From: Diaphorobacter ruginosibacter
GTDB lineage: Bacteria > Pseudomonadota > Gammaproteobacteria > Burkholderiales > Burkholderiaceae_C
Assembly (NCBI RefSeq): GCF_014395975.1
Contig: NZ_CP060714.1
Span: 4,463,686-4,527,685 of the forward strand
Direction of reading: 5' to 3'
DNA length: 64,000 bases
The notes under the pieces are model-generated. The model did no database searches and was not told where the DNA came from. It worked only from the letters and a program-made list of their open reading frames with translations. The translations under genes were made by a program, and so were the position numbers. Shown in pieces: positions 44,629-54,268 of the stretch. Position 1 is the stretch's first letter. Each line of letters opens with the position of its first letter.

Positions 44629-47286
44629 TCAGCGGCTGTCGGTTTCGCGCAGGCGCAGCAGGGTCTGGCTCAGGAGCGCGCGCAGCGCCGACGGCCGCAC
44701 GGGCTTGAACAGCATGGCCCAGCCGCGTTCGGCCGCATGGCGACGCAGGGCGATATCGCGCTCGGCGGTCACCAGGATCACTTGCGGCGACTGGCCCCAG
44801 ATCCCCGCGAGCTCCCCGAACAGGTCGGGGCCGTGGAACTCGCCCATGCGCACGTCGAGCAGCACGAGCTGCGGTGCATTCCCGGCGCGGGCGAACTGCA
44901 GCGCGCCCTGCGGACCGCCGGCGTAGGGCACGTCGCACCCCCAGCGCTGCAGCAGCGCTCCGGTCGCGGCACAGCTGGGGGCGTCATCGTCGATGTACCA
45001 GGCGCTCAGTCCGCGCAGGGGCGCATCGCTGCGCGGCTCCGACGCCATGGCAGAGGCCTCGGCGGGAACCGTGGAGGCCGGCTGCCTGGAAAGCGGCACG
45101 CTCACCCAGAACACGCTGCCCCTGCCGAGCTCGGAGCGCAGCCCGATCTCGTGCCCGAGCAGCTTGCCCAGGCGTTCCACGATCGCGAGGCCCAGGCCCG
45201 CGCCGCGGTCCTGGTCGTGCCCTTCGTTCAGGCGCCTGAACTCCTCGAAGATCTCGCGCTGCAGGCTTTCGGGAATGCCGGGCCCCTGGTCGTGGATCTC
45301 GATGCGCAACTGGTCGCCGCGCCGCCTGCATCCGATCAGCACCCGCCCCGTGGGCGTATAGCGGATCGCGTTGGAGAGCAGGTTCTGCAGGATGCGGCGC
45401 AGCAGCGCCTCGTCGCTGCGCACCACATGGCGGGACTTCACGGCCGAGAGCTTCAGCCCGCGGCTCTCCGCGATGATGCCGAAGTTGTGCTGCATCACCT
45501 GCAGCAGCGGGCCGAGTGCAAAGTCGCGCACGTGCACGTCGAGCTGGCCCGATTCCATGCGCGAGATGTCGAGCAGGCTGTTGAGGATGCCGTCCTGCGC
45601 GGCCAGCGCGCCCTCGATGCTATCGGCCACATGCCGCCCCGCATCGTCGTGCAGGTGGCTGCGCAGCAGCGAGCTGAACATGCGCGCCGCATTCAGCGGC
45701 TGCAGCAGGTCGTGCACGGCGGCGGCCACGAAGCGCGTCTTGTAGCGGTTGGCCGCCTCCGCCTCGCGCCGGGCGGCGTCCAGGTCCCGGGTGCGCTCGG
45801 AGATGCGCTGCTCCAGCGTGTCGGCCAGGGAGCGCAGTTCGCGCGCCGCGTTCTTGTAGCTGGTGATGTCGGCATAGCTGGTCACGAAGCCGCCGTCGGG
45901 CATGGGGTTGCCGCGAATCTCCAGCACCGTGCCGTCGCTCTTCGCGCTTTCATGCAGGTGCGAGGTTCCCTCGCGCAGATGCGCGAGGCGCCGCCGGATC
46001 GCGTCCTCCCCCGGATTGGCTCCGAGCAGGCCGCGCCTGGCGTTGTGGCGGATGAGGGCCTCGATGGGTGCGCCCACGCGCATGAGTTCGGGTGGAAACC
46101 TGAAGAGCTGCACGTAGCGGGAGTTCCAGGCCACGAGATTCAGGTCCGCATCGATCACCACCACGCCCTGGGGCAGATGCTGCAGGCTGCGCGAGAGGCC
46201 CGTGTCGGCCTGCTTGGCCGCCTGGAGGATCCCGTCCTGCGCGGTGCGCAGTTCCTGGGCATGCTGGTGCAGCACGGTCTCCAGTTCCTGGCGGCTCTTC
46301 TGGCGCAGGTTGGACAGGCGCTGGCGCTGGCGTACGAAGAGCACCAGCATTGCGAGCGCGAGCCACACACCGCCCGCGGTGACCGAGGCCCAGTAGCTTG
46401 CGATGGTGCTGGCACGCGCGTTGTGCAGCAGATGCAGGTGCCAGTCGGAATCCGGCAGTGCAATGCTTCGCCAGAGCACGGGATCGGCGAGCACCGGATC
46501 GCCGATGCGCGCGACGAAGCCGCCGTCGGCCAGCTGCCGTTCCCTGCGGAACTGCAGCGGCCTGAGCGGCTGGTCGGAGTACTGCCGCGTGGCATCCATC
46601 TCGGCGATGTCCTTCTCCGACAGCGGTGTCAGGTGGCGGTAGCGCCACTCGTCCTGGTTGGCGAGAAAGACCACCTCGTGCGCATCGGAGGCCATCACGA
46701 TGTCCCGTGTCTGCTGCCAGCCGCGTTCGAGCTCGCTGAGCACGATCTTGATGGCGATGAGTCCGGTCACCCGTCCCTGCTCATCGACGATGGAGCGCGA
46801 CAGGAAGTAGCCCGCCTCGCCCGTGGTCATGCCGATGCCGTAGAAGCGGCCGCGCCCCGTGGCCAGCGCCTGGGTCACGTAGGGACGGTAGCTGTAGTCC
46901 TCGCCGACGTTGCTGTGCCTGTCCCGCCAGTTGCTGGCCGCGATCGCGCGGCCCTGCGTATTGACCAGCGTGAGCGTGGAGGAGTCGCTTGCACCGTTGG
47001 CCTCCTCGAGCTTGCGGTTGAGCGCATCCACTTCGCGCGCGTCCAGCGCATGCGTGAGCGCATCGCGCAACTGCGGATCGAGCGCCAGCACTTCGGGCAG
47101 CGTGCGATAGCGGTCGATGCGCTGCGAGAGCTCCTGTGCATAGAGCGCGAGCTGGCGCTCCACCAGATCGCTTTCGTTCTGCAGGGCACGGTGCAGCGCA
47201 AATTGGCTCGCGAGCAGCATGCTTGCGCACATGCCGGCGAGCACCACCAGAACGGTCCACAGGAGTCGGCTGCGCGATGAGGTCAT
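44629..47286 (-). CDS. hybrid sensor histidine kinase/response regulator with periplasmic sensing domain and PAS domain
   Basis: TM-periplasmic domain-TM, PAS, HisKA (AAAVHDLLQPLNA), HATPase (GLGLAIV), and C-terminal REC (LLDVRM). 885 aa. Confidence 0.9.
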   Translation of the reverse strand: MTSSRSRLLWTVLVVLAGMCASMLLASQFALHRALQNESDLVERQLALYAQELSQRIDRYRTLPEVLALDPQLRDALTHALDAREVDALNRKLEEANGASDSSTLTLVNTQGRAIAASNWRDRHSNVGEDYSYRPYVTQALATGRGRFYGIGMTTGEAGYFLSRSIVDEQGRVTGLIAIKIVLSELERGWQQTRDIVMASDAHEVVFLANQDEWRYRHLTPLSEKDIAEMDATRQYSDQPLRPLQFRRERQLADGGFVARIGDPVLADPVLWRSIALPDSDWHLHLLHNARASTIASYWASVTAGGVWLALAMLVLFVRQRQRLSNLRQKSRQELETVLHQHAQELRTAQDGILQAAKQADTGLSRSLQHLPQGVVVIDADLNLVAWNSRYVQLFRFPPELMRVGAPIEALIRHNARRGLLGANPGEDAIRRRLAHLREGTSHLHESAKSDGTVLEIRGNPMPDGGFVTSYADITSYKNAARELRSLADTLEQRISERTRDLDAARREAEAANRYKTRFVAAAVHDLLQPLNAARMFSSLLRSHLHDDAGRHVADSIEGALAAQDGILNSLLDISRMESGQLDVHVRDFALGPLLQVMQHNFGIIAESRGLKLSAVKSRHVVRSDEALLRRILQNLLSNAIRYTPTGRVLIGCRRRGDQLRIEIHDQGPGIPESLQREIFEEFRRLNEGHDQDRGAGLGLAIVERLGKLLGHEIGLRSELGRGSVFWVSVPLSRQPASTVPAEASAMASEPRSDAPLRGLSAWYIDDDAPSCAATGALLQRWGCDVPYAGGPQGALQFARAGNAPQLVLLDVRMGEFHGPDLFGELAGIWGQSPQVILVTAERDIALRRHAAERGWAMLFKPVRPSALRALLSQTLLRLRETDSR

Positions 47287-47525
47287 GGTGCAAGTGTGCT
47301 AAGTGGTTACCCTAGGTTTCGCGGGGGTCTCCCCTCTGGAGCCCGCATCGACTAATACCAATAGGTTATCGCCAGCGCGCGCCTGCAGCCGTACAAACCG
47401 ACACATACGCTTGTCCGGCTTCCATGCGCGTGCCCTGCGGCGGGAATTTTCCCGTTGTAGCACCCCGCTCCCCGGTCCGATGGGCGTAAGCACCCCACAC
47501 CTTATCGAGACCACGGAGAACCCGC

Positions 47526-48860
47526 ATGCAAGCCATTCCGCAAACCGCCGCCGCGCCGGTGCACCTGCCGTTCTATCGGCAGCTGTATTTCCAGGTGGTG
47601 TCCGCCATCGTGATCGGCGTGCTGCTCGGCTATTTCGAGCCGCAGTACGCGCAGCAGTTCAAGCCGCTTGGCGACGCGTTCGTGAAGCTGGTGAAGATGA
47701 TCATCGCGCCGGTGATCTTCCTCACCATCGTGACCGGTATAGCCGGCATGACCCACCTGCGCACCGTGGGCCGCGTGTTCGCCAAGACCATGGTCTACTT
47801 CCTGTTCTTCTCCACGCTGGCGCTGATCGTGGGCATGATCGTCGCGCACGTGATCCAGCCCGGCGCGGGCATGCACATCAACGTGGCCGATCTCGACCAG
47901 TCCGCCGTGCAGGGCTATGTGTCGAAGTCGCACGAGATGACCCTCACCGGCTTCCTCATGGACGTCATCCCCAAGACCCTGGTGAGCCCCTTCGTGGGCG
48001 ACAACATCCTGCAGGTGCTGTTCATCGCCGTGCTGTTCGGCATTGCGCTGGCAATGTCCGGCGACCACGGCAAGCCCGTGCTGAACTTCCTCGAGGCGCT
48101 GACGATTCCCGTGTTCAAGCTCGTGAACATCCTGATGAAGGCCGCCCCGCTCGGTGCGTTCGGCGCCATGGCCTTCACGATCGGCAAGTTCGGCCTGTCC
48201 TCGCTGGTCAACCTGGCCTGGCTGGTCGGCACCTTCTACATCACCTCACTGCTGTTCGTGGTGGTGATCCTGGGCTTCGTGGCACGCCTGTGCGGCTTCT
48301 CGGTGCTCAAGCTGGCCAGGTATCTCAAGGCCGAGCTGCTGCTGGTGCTGGGCACGTCATCTTCCGAATCGGCACTGCCCTCGCTGATGCACAAGATGGA
48401 AAAGGCCGGCTGCAGCAAGTCGGTCGTGGGCCTGGTGGTTCCCACCGGCTATTCGTTCAACCTGGACGGCACCAACATCTACATGACGCTGGCCGCGCTG
48501 TTCATCGCGCAGGCGACCGATACGCACCTCACGCTGGGTCACCAGATCATGCTGCTGCTGGTGGCCATGCTCAGCTCCAAGGGTGCCGCCGGCGTGACGG
48601 GCGCGGGCTTCATCACCCTGGCCGCCACGCTGGCCGTGGTGCCCGAAGTGCCCGTGGCCGGCATGGCGCTGATCCTTGGTGTGGACCGCTTCATGAGCGA
48701 ATGCCGTTCGCTCACCAACTTCATGGGCAATGCCGTCGCCACCGTGGTCGTTTCGCGCTGGGAAAAGGCGCTGGACTACGACAAGCTCGACGCCGCGCTG
48801 TCGGGCGAGGAGCTGCCGGACGCCCTGCCGGTGCCGCAGGCTGCGACACGCCAGGCCTGA
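47526..48860 (+). CDS. dctA: C4-dicarboxylate transporter DctA (DAACS family)
   Basis: [18 protein letters not shown]...SSSESALP, 444 aa. Confidence 0.9.
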   Translation: MQAIPQTAAAPVHLPFYRQLYFQVVSAIVIGVLLGYFEPQYAQQFKPLGDAFVKLVKMIIAPVIFLTIVTGIAGMTHLRTVGRVFAKTMVYFLFFSTLALIVGMIVAHVIQPGAGMHINVADLDQSAVQGYVSKSHEMTLTGFLMDVIPKTLVSPFVGDNILQVLFIAVLFGIALAMSGDHGKPVLNFLEALTIPVFKLVNILMKAAPLGAFGAMAFTIGKFGLSSLVNLAWLVGTFYITSLLFVVVILGFVARLCGFSVLKLARYLKAELLLVLGTSSSESALPSLMHKMEKAGCSKSVVGLVVPTGYSFNLDGTNIYMTLAALFIAQATDTHLTLGHQIMLLLVAMLSSKGAAGVTGAGFITLAATLAVVPEVPVAGMALILGVDRFMSECRSLTNFMGNAVATVVVSRWEKALDYDKLDAALSGEELPDALPVPQAATRQA

Positions 48861-48907
48861 ACTGAATACGCATGTCTCCGGGCCGTTCACTCGGTCCCGT
48901 TCAGATC

Positions 48908-48940
48908 CCGCCAGGGCCTCGGCCCGGCGGGATTTTTTTC
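48908..48940 (+). terminator. rho-independent terminator after dctA
   Basis: CCCGCCagGGCC-tcg-GCCCgGCGGG then ATTTTTTTC, abutting the rdgC stop. Confidence 0.6.
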
Positions 48941-48941
48941 G

Positions 48942-49961
48942 TCAGAACGGTGGGTCCTCGTCGTCTTCGTCGTCGGCGCCCTGCGCGGCCATGGCGGCGG
49001 CCGATGGATCCACCGCTGCGGGCTTTCTGTCGGTATCGGGGCGCGGGGTGGCCACCGTGCCGCCGCCCAGTTCGGTGCGGCCCTCGCCACCCAGCGCCTC
49101 CACCAGGTCGGGCAGCAGCTTGGTGAGTTCACCTGTGGCGATCGCCACGTCGGCGTCGAAGCCGGCGTCGTCCTGCTTCTGGCCTTCGAAGACCGTGTCG
49201 AGGAAGGAGATCTTCTTGATCTGCAGGCTCTCGGTGAGCACGAACGAGACACGATCATCCCAGCTCATCGCGAGCTTGGTCGGCATCTTGCCCTGGTCGA
49301 TGTGTTCGCGGATCTCGTCGATGTCGAGCGGATGGCGCGAGTAACGCACCACGGCCTTGGCCTCGTCGGCGCTCTTGAGCTCGCATTCGCGGTCGATCGA
49401 GAAGCCCACGGGCGGCTCCTGTTCCTTGAGCCAGTGCGCCATCGCCGCCTGTGGCGACTCCTGCGTGTCGAGCAGCGCCACGGCAAAGCCGGGCAGCGCA
49501 TCCACCAGCATGGTCACGACCTCGTCGGCCCTGCCCTGGCTGCCGGTGTCGAGCACCAGCAGGTGCGCCTCCGGATCGATCCACACCCACATCGATCCCT
49601 GCTTGGTGAACGCCATCGGCAGCAGGTCGAGCTTGGCTTCTTCCTTGAGCTCCTTGCTTTCCTTCTTGCCCGGCTTGCGGCCGGTCTCCTGCTCGATGCG
49701 GGCGGCCTTTTCCTTGACCTTGCGCGCGAGCACCGATCCCGGCAGCACCTTGGATTCGGTCATGAAGCGCAGAATCCACTGCCCGCCGACCGACTCGGCC
49801 ATCGCGCCATGCTCCTCGCCGCGCGGCGGCACCCAGCCCACCGATTTCTCCTGCGTGGCGCCGCATTCCTCGAAAAGCGATGGGGCCAGCGCTTCCTCCA
49901 CTTGCGTCAAATCCATCTGCCACGATTCGGCGATGCGATACACGATCATGTTCTTGAACAC
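48942..49961 (-). CDS. rdgC: recombination-associated protein RdgC (GTG start; acidic C-terminal tail)
   Basis: (V)FKNMIVYRIAESW matches the RdgC N-terminus. GAAGGA RBS 11 nt upstream of GTG 49961. About 35-aa DDEDDEDPPF acidic tail. Confidence 0.8.
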   Translation of the reverse strand: MFKNMIVYRIAESWQMDLTQVEEALAPSLFEECGATQEKSVGWVPPRGEEHGAMAESVGGQWILRFMTESKVLPGSVLARKVKEKAARIEQETGRKPGKKESKELKEEAKLDLLPMAFTKQGSMWVWIDPEAHLLVLDTGSQGRADEVVTMLVDALPGFAVALLDTQESPQAAMAHWLKEQEPPVGFSIDRECELKSADEAKAVVRYSRHPLDIDEIREHIDQGKMPTKLAMSWDDRVSFVLTESLQIKKISFLDTVFEGQKQDDAGFDADVAIATGELTKLLPDLVEALGGEGRTELGGGTVATPRPDTDRKPAAVDPSAAAMAAQGADDEDDEDPPF

Positions 49962-50353
49962 GCTAACTATCCGTCCTTCACTTTGAAAAAACGCGGGTGG
50001 CCACCGCGGAGGCCGCCCGCCGAAATCCAGTTCCAAGCATCCATTGTCAGGGCAACCGTCCCATGGGCGCCTTGCCTTGAAAGAGCCCGGCTGCTATTCA
50101 TAAGGAAGCAATCATCCATTGATTGCCAATGAAAGCCGCTGAATTCGAGTTATCCGCAGGCCGCCTTCGTGAACGAAACCAGCGTTCCGGCCATCCGGGA
50201 AATTCGTAGAACTTTACACAGATTGAAGTTTGGAACATGGCCGCGATACATGCCGCGACCACACTTGCATCCAAGCGCCGCAGGATCTCCCCCGGTGCCC
50301 TGTCTCCTCCTGCTCTGTTCCAACGGGAAGTTCTCAAGAAAGGAAAACTCACC

Positions 50354-50977
50354 ATGGCTCGCTTTTCTACACGCTCTTTCGCTGCAACCGCTCTGGCTGC
50401 AGCCATGTTCGCCGCAGCCGCCGTTCCGGCAATGGCCCAGACCGCTCCTGCTCCGGCGGCACCCGTCGCTTCGGCCGACGCCAAGCCGGCTCCCCGTCAC
50501 CATGAGCGTGGCCCGCGCATGACGCCCGAACAGCGCCAGGAGCGCATGGCCAAGCACGCCGAGGCCTTCAAGCAGAAGCTGAAGATCACTGCCGACCAGG
50601 AACCCGCATGGAATGCCTTCCAGGAAGCCATGCATCCCAAGAACCGGCCGGATCACGCACGCCTTGACCGCAAGGACATGGATAAGCTGACGACACCCGA
50701 GCGCATCGACCGCATGCGTGCCCTGCACGCCCAGCGCTCGGCGGAAATGGACCGCCGCGGCGAGGCCGTCAAGACCTTCTACGCAGCGCTCAAGCCCGAA
50801 CAGCAGAAGACCTTCGACCAGGAAAGCGCCCGCATGATGCATCGCTTCGGCCCTGGCGACCACAAGGGTGAGCGGGACGGCAAGCGAGGCCCGCGTGGGG
50901 AGCACGGGCATCGCCACCATGGCAAGCAGGCTCCCGCCGACGCGGCAGCTCCGGCAGCGCCCGTGCAGCCGCAGTAA
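50354..50977 (+). CDS. Spy/CpxP/ZraP-family periplasmic protein (LTxxQ motifs)
   Basis: AAGGAAA RBS, a signal peptide, and LTXXQ-like repeats (ITADQEPAWNAF, LTTPERIDRM, LKPEQQKTF). His-rich C-terminus. Confidence 0.7.
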   Translation: MARFSTRSFAATALAAAMFAAAAVPAMAQTAPAPAAPVASADAKPAPRHHERGPRMTPEQRQERMAKHAEAFKQKLKITADQEPAWNAFQEAMHPKNRPDHARLDRKDMDKLTTPERIDRMRALHAQRSAEMDRRGEAVKTFYAALKPEQQKTFDQESARMMHRFGPGDHKGERDGKRGPRGEHGHRHHGKQAPADAAAPAAPVQPQ

Positions 50978-51208
50978 TCCACAGCCCCACACTGCCCGAA
51001 GCCCGCGCTCGCGGGCTTTTTTCATCGCCGGGCTGTCCCCAGATGAAAAGCGCCCCTTTGAGGAGCAGTGGCCGCATGCAGTGGACAAGCATGGGGAACC
51101 ATCTTGCATTTCTCCGGCCCGCAGACAAGCCACAGTGATCGGCTGCAATGCGGCAAAGGCCTACATCGGACAAAGATGTCCGAACTTTAAAGTGGTAACA
51201 CGGCGTCA

Positions 51209-51862
51209 ATGAGCGACGCCTTGGAAACCATCATGTTCAATACCCTTCATCGGTCCCCGAGCGGGGACTTCGCACCACGGCAACGCCCGTGGGCGCGACA
51301 CACATTCGCCATCTTCACCCTTGCACTGACTGCGTCCGCAACTTCGGCGATTGCACAGACATCTGTGGATAACTCTGGTGATCTCTCGCGTGCCAAGTCC
51401 ATCTACGTACAGGGAAGCTGGGCCGAGCACGGCACCGACGCCGCCACCGTCGGCGTTACCCTGCCCTGGAAAGAGTGGAAAGCTGACCTCTGGGGCGGCC
51501 AGGTGCGGGGCCATTGGGATCTTTATGTGTCCCGCCTGTCCTTCGATGGGCGGCGCAGCTATGACAGCACCTGGATGTTTGGCGTCAAGCCCGTGTGGCG
51601 CTGGCGCCCGGACGCGGGGCGCTCTCCCTGGTTCGCAGAGGCCGGCGTCGGGCTGACCTACATGACCGACCGCTACATCACCGTCCACAAGGAATTCAGC
51701 ACCTCGTTCAATTTCGCCACTCATCTGGGTGTGGGCTACAGCTTCGGCGAGCAGCGCCAGCATGAGGTGCAACTGCGCGTGGAGCATGTCTCGAATGCGG
51801 GCATCAAGGAACCCAATCCCGGCGAAAACTTCGTGCAGATCCGATACGGCTACCACTTCTGA
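51209..51862 (+). CDS. PagL-like lipid A 3-O-deacylase / acyloxyacyl hydrolase family outer-membrane protein
   Basis: Signal peptide, beta-barrel-like alternation, and a C-terminal HVSNAG (H-x-S-N catalytic motif). Confidence 0.65.
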   Translation: MSDALETIMFNTLHRSPSGDFAPRQRPWARHTFAIFTLALTASATSAIAQTSVDNSGDLSRAKSIYVQGSWAEHGTDAATVGVTLPWKEWKADLWGGQVRGHWDLYVSRLSFDGRRSYDSTWMFGVKPVWRWRPDAGRSPWFAEAGVGLTYMTDRYITVHKEFSTSFNFATHLGVGYSFGEQRQHEVQLRVEHVSNAGIKEPNPGENFVQIRYGYHF

Positions 51863-51878
51863 CCAGGTTGATCACTTG

Positions 51879-52260
51879 TTATCCACAGCTAAAACCCGCA
51901 TTCAGAGCGGATGTGGATAAACTTGTACAGAATTTTCAGAGCAACTTCGATTTATCCACAGCAAAGTGGAAAACTTCGAAGTTGTTCCCATTTCAGGTAC
52001 AGCGGCAAGATAGCTCGAAGCACATGGTTTGATTTTTTCCAAATGATTGAGAACAATGGAGAAAATCAATTTATCCACAGGCTGTTCGGTCCTCTACTAC
52101 TAACAACATATATAAATAACACTATTCAAGAACAACTTTGCTAGTGCTGTGCCTCATATGGGCGCGCCTTTGAATTTCACATTGCGGTAAATCATCGTTA
52201 TTTGATGAATAAATAAGCAAGTTTCACCGCTTCCTTGCCCGGCGTTTCTTTTTCTTCTTC
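51879..52260. other. DnaA-box cluster plus AT-rich DUE-like tract (strong oriC candidate)
   Basis: Four perfect boxes within 200 bp: 51879-51887, 51913-51921 (inverted), 51953-51961 and 52071-52079. They are followed by about 170 bp of AT-rich sequence (52090-52260: ctactactaacaacatatataaataacactattc...). Confidence 0.6.
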
Positions 52261-52267
52261 TTTTTGA

Positions 52268-53014
52268 ATGACCTCCACCCGACCCGTCGCACTCATTACC
52301 GGTTCCACCAGCGGGATCGGCGCCGCTATCGCCCGTTGCCTGTCGCGCGACGGATTTTTGGTGGTGCTTCATTCGCGAAGCAGTGTGGAAACCGGCAGGG
52401 CGATGGCCCTGGAACTGTCCCCTGCCCTTTACATCCAGGCCGATCTCGCAGACGAGGAGGAACGCCGGAATCTTGTAGAGCAAACCGTTGCCGCATGCGG
52501 CCGAATCGATCTGCTTGTGAATAACGCGGGCATAAGTCAGGTGATCCCGCACGGCGACCTTCTGGCGGCCACGCCCGAGGTCTGGCAACAACTGCACGAG
52601 GTGAACGTGGTCGCGCCTTTCCGGTTGATTGCACATGCCGAAGCCGCATTGCGCGCGTCTGCCCGGCTGAGCGGCAGGCCTGCTTGCGTGATCAACATCA
52701 GCTCGCATGCCGGTGTGCGCCCCAAGGGCGCGTCCATCCCCTATGCGGCAGGCAAGGCCGCGCTCAACCACATGACACGCCTGCTCGCACTGAGCCTTTC
52801 ACCGGAAATCCGCGTGAACGCCGTTGCACCGGGGCTGGTGGAAACGCCCCTGACGGAAAGCTGGACCGCTGCGCGGGAACTGTGGAACACCAAGTCTCCC
52901 ATGCGGCGCGGAGCACAGCCCGAGGACATCGCGCAGGTGGTGGCGATGCTGGCTGCGTCGGACTATCTGACCGGTGAAGTGGTGCTGTCGGATGGCGGGT
53001 TGAATCTGACCTGA
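52268..53014 (+). CDS. SDR-family oxidoreductase
   Basis: TGSTSGIGAAIA Rossmann motif and the YAAGK catalytic motif. Confidence 0.9.
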   Translation: MTSTRPVALITGSTSGIGAAIARCLSRDGFLVVLHSRSSVETGRAMALELSPALYIQADLADEEERRNLVEQTVAACGRIDLLVNNAGISQVIPHGDLLAATPEVWQQLHEVNVVAPFRLIAHAEAALRASARLSGRPACVINISSHAGVRPKGASIPYAAGKAALNHMTRLLALSLSPEIRVNAVAPGLVETPLTESWTAARELWNTKSPMRRGAQPEDIAQVVAMLAASDYLTGEVVLSDGGLNLT

Positions 53015-53083
53015 CGCCGACGGGGATGCCAGAACACAACGGTCAGCGAGTTATCCACAAGCCGCCCGTCTGGCGGAGGCAGC

Positions 53084-53413
53084 TCAGTTCGCAGGAATGT
53101 CGAGGCCTGGAAGGCGCACCGGGCCCAGGCCCAGCCAGTTGCCGAAGCGATCGCGGGTGCGCATGTAAAACGACGGATATCCCTCACTGACATCCCTGTG
53201 GAACGGGTGGATGGTGATGTCCGCACTTCCCTTCCAGCTCTGTTGCAGATCGGGCATGTCGAGCAACGCGCAGCGCATGGAATAAGGGTCTTGGCGCGGG
53301 ATGTCCTGGTAGCACTGAACGGTGCCGTCCTCGTTCATCGCAAACCGTCCATTCACCCGCATCAGCCTGACCCAGCCTGTGATCGCCGAGCGTTCGGTCA
53401 CGAGGGACGACAT
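53084..53413 (-). CDS. hypothetical protein (109 aa) translationally coupled to the IclR gene
   Basis: The ATG overlaps the IclR stop (ATGTGATG). No recognisable motif. Confidence 0.45.
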   Translation of the reverse strand: MSSLVTERSAITGWVRLMRVNGRFAMNEDGTVQCYQDIPRQDPYSMRCALLDMPDLQQSWKGSADITIHPFHRDVSEGYPSFYMRTRDRFGNWLGLGPVRLPGLDIPAN

Positions 53414-54171
53414 CACATCTGCATCGCAATGGCAAGTTGCTCCTTCAGCAACTGCGCCATCTCCTTCTTGCGTTCGGGCGGCAGGCGCGGCGCGATCGCG
53501 CCGAAGCTGATGGCGGCCTGGGTGCTGGCCGATGCGGTGAAGGTGCAGCCGACGCCCGACACGCCGACGGTCAGCGTGTCGGTGATGTCCGCGTAGCCCA
53601 TGCTGCGTGTGCGCTTGACGGCCTGGATCAGGCGCTCGCGCGTGAAATTCGCCTGTGCGAATTCCTCCGTGTGGCGGTCGAAGATGCGCTCGACCTCGGT
53701 ATCGCCCAGCTGCGCCATCAGCGCGAGTCCGCCCGCGCCCAGGCCCAGCAGGCGGCGCCCGCCGACGTCGGTGGTGAACACCTTCACGGGAAAGTGCCCT
53801 TCCTCGCGGTGCAGGCACAGGCAGTAGTCGCCCTGGCGGATCACCAGGAACACGGTGTCGCCCGACATGCGCGCGAGCTTCTGCATGAGCGGACGGCACG
53901 AATCCACCAGGGGCACGCGGCGCATCGAGGCGAAGCCGAGCTGCATGGCGTCGATGCCCAGCCGGTAGGCCTTCGTCTCGGGGTCGCGTTCGGCGAACTG
54001 TTCCTCCGCCAGGCATGACAGCAGCCGGTGCGCGGTCGAACGCTCCAGGCCCGAGGCCGCCATCACCTCGGTCAGCGTGATGCCGTGCTCATGGTGCTCG
54101 GCCAGCATGCGCAGCAGGCCCAGCGAACGGCGCAGGCTCTGTGCGCCGGCGGTTCCGGATGTTTTGTCCAT
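53413..54171 (-). CDS. IclR-family transcriptional regulator
   Basis: HTH_IclR (LRMLAEHHEHGITLTEVMAASGLERSTAHRLL) and a C-terminal IclR effector domain. Confidence 0.85.
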   Translation of the reverse strand: MDKTSGTAGAQSLRRSLGLLRMLAEHHEHGITLTEVMAASGLERSTAHRLLSCLAEEQFAERDPETKAYRLGIDAMQLGFASMRRVPLVDSCRPLMQKLARMSGDTVFLVIRQGDYCLCLHREEGHFPVKVFTTDVGGRRLLGLGAGGLALMAQLGDTEVERIFDRHTEEFAQANFTRERLIQAVKRTRSMGYADITDTLTVGVSGVGCTFTASASTQAAISFGAIAPRLPPERKKEMAQLLKEQLAIAMQM

Positions 54172-54268
54172 ATTGTGGGAAAAGAGTGAATATTTGTTTG
54201 AGATATAGGAAACCCGAAGTCTAGACTGAATGTCATCCCGCAGATAGACGATGTTTAGGAGACAAGGC

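Noticed and set aside
44548-47280. 910-aa plus-strand ORF
   Set aside because: It is antisense to the hybrid sensor kinase, whose minus-strand frame carries HisKA, HATPase and REC motifs.
49962-50353. Sigma-54 (-24/-12) or CpxR-box promoter upstream of the Spy/CpxP-like gene
   Set aside because: Neither a GG-N10-GC arrangement nor a GTAAA-N5-GTAAA pair is convincingly present.
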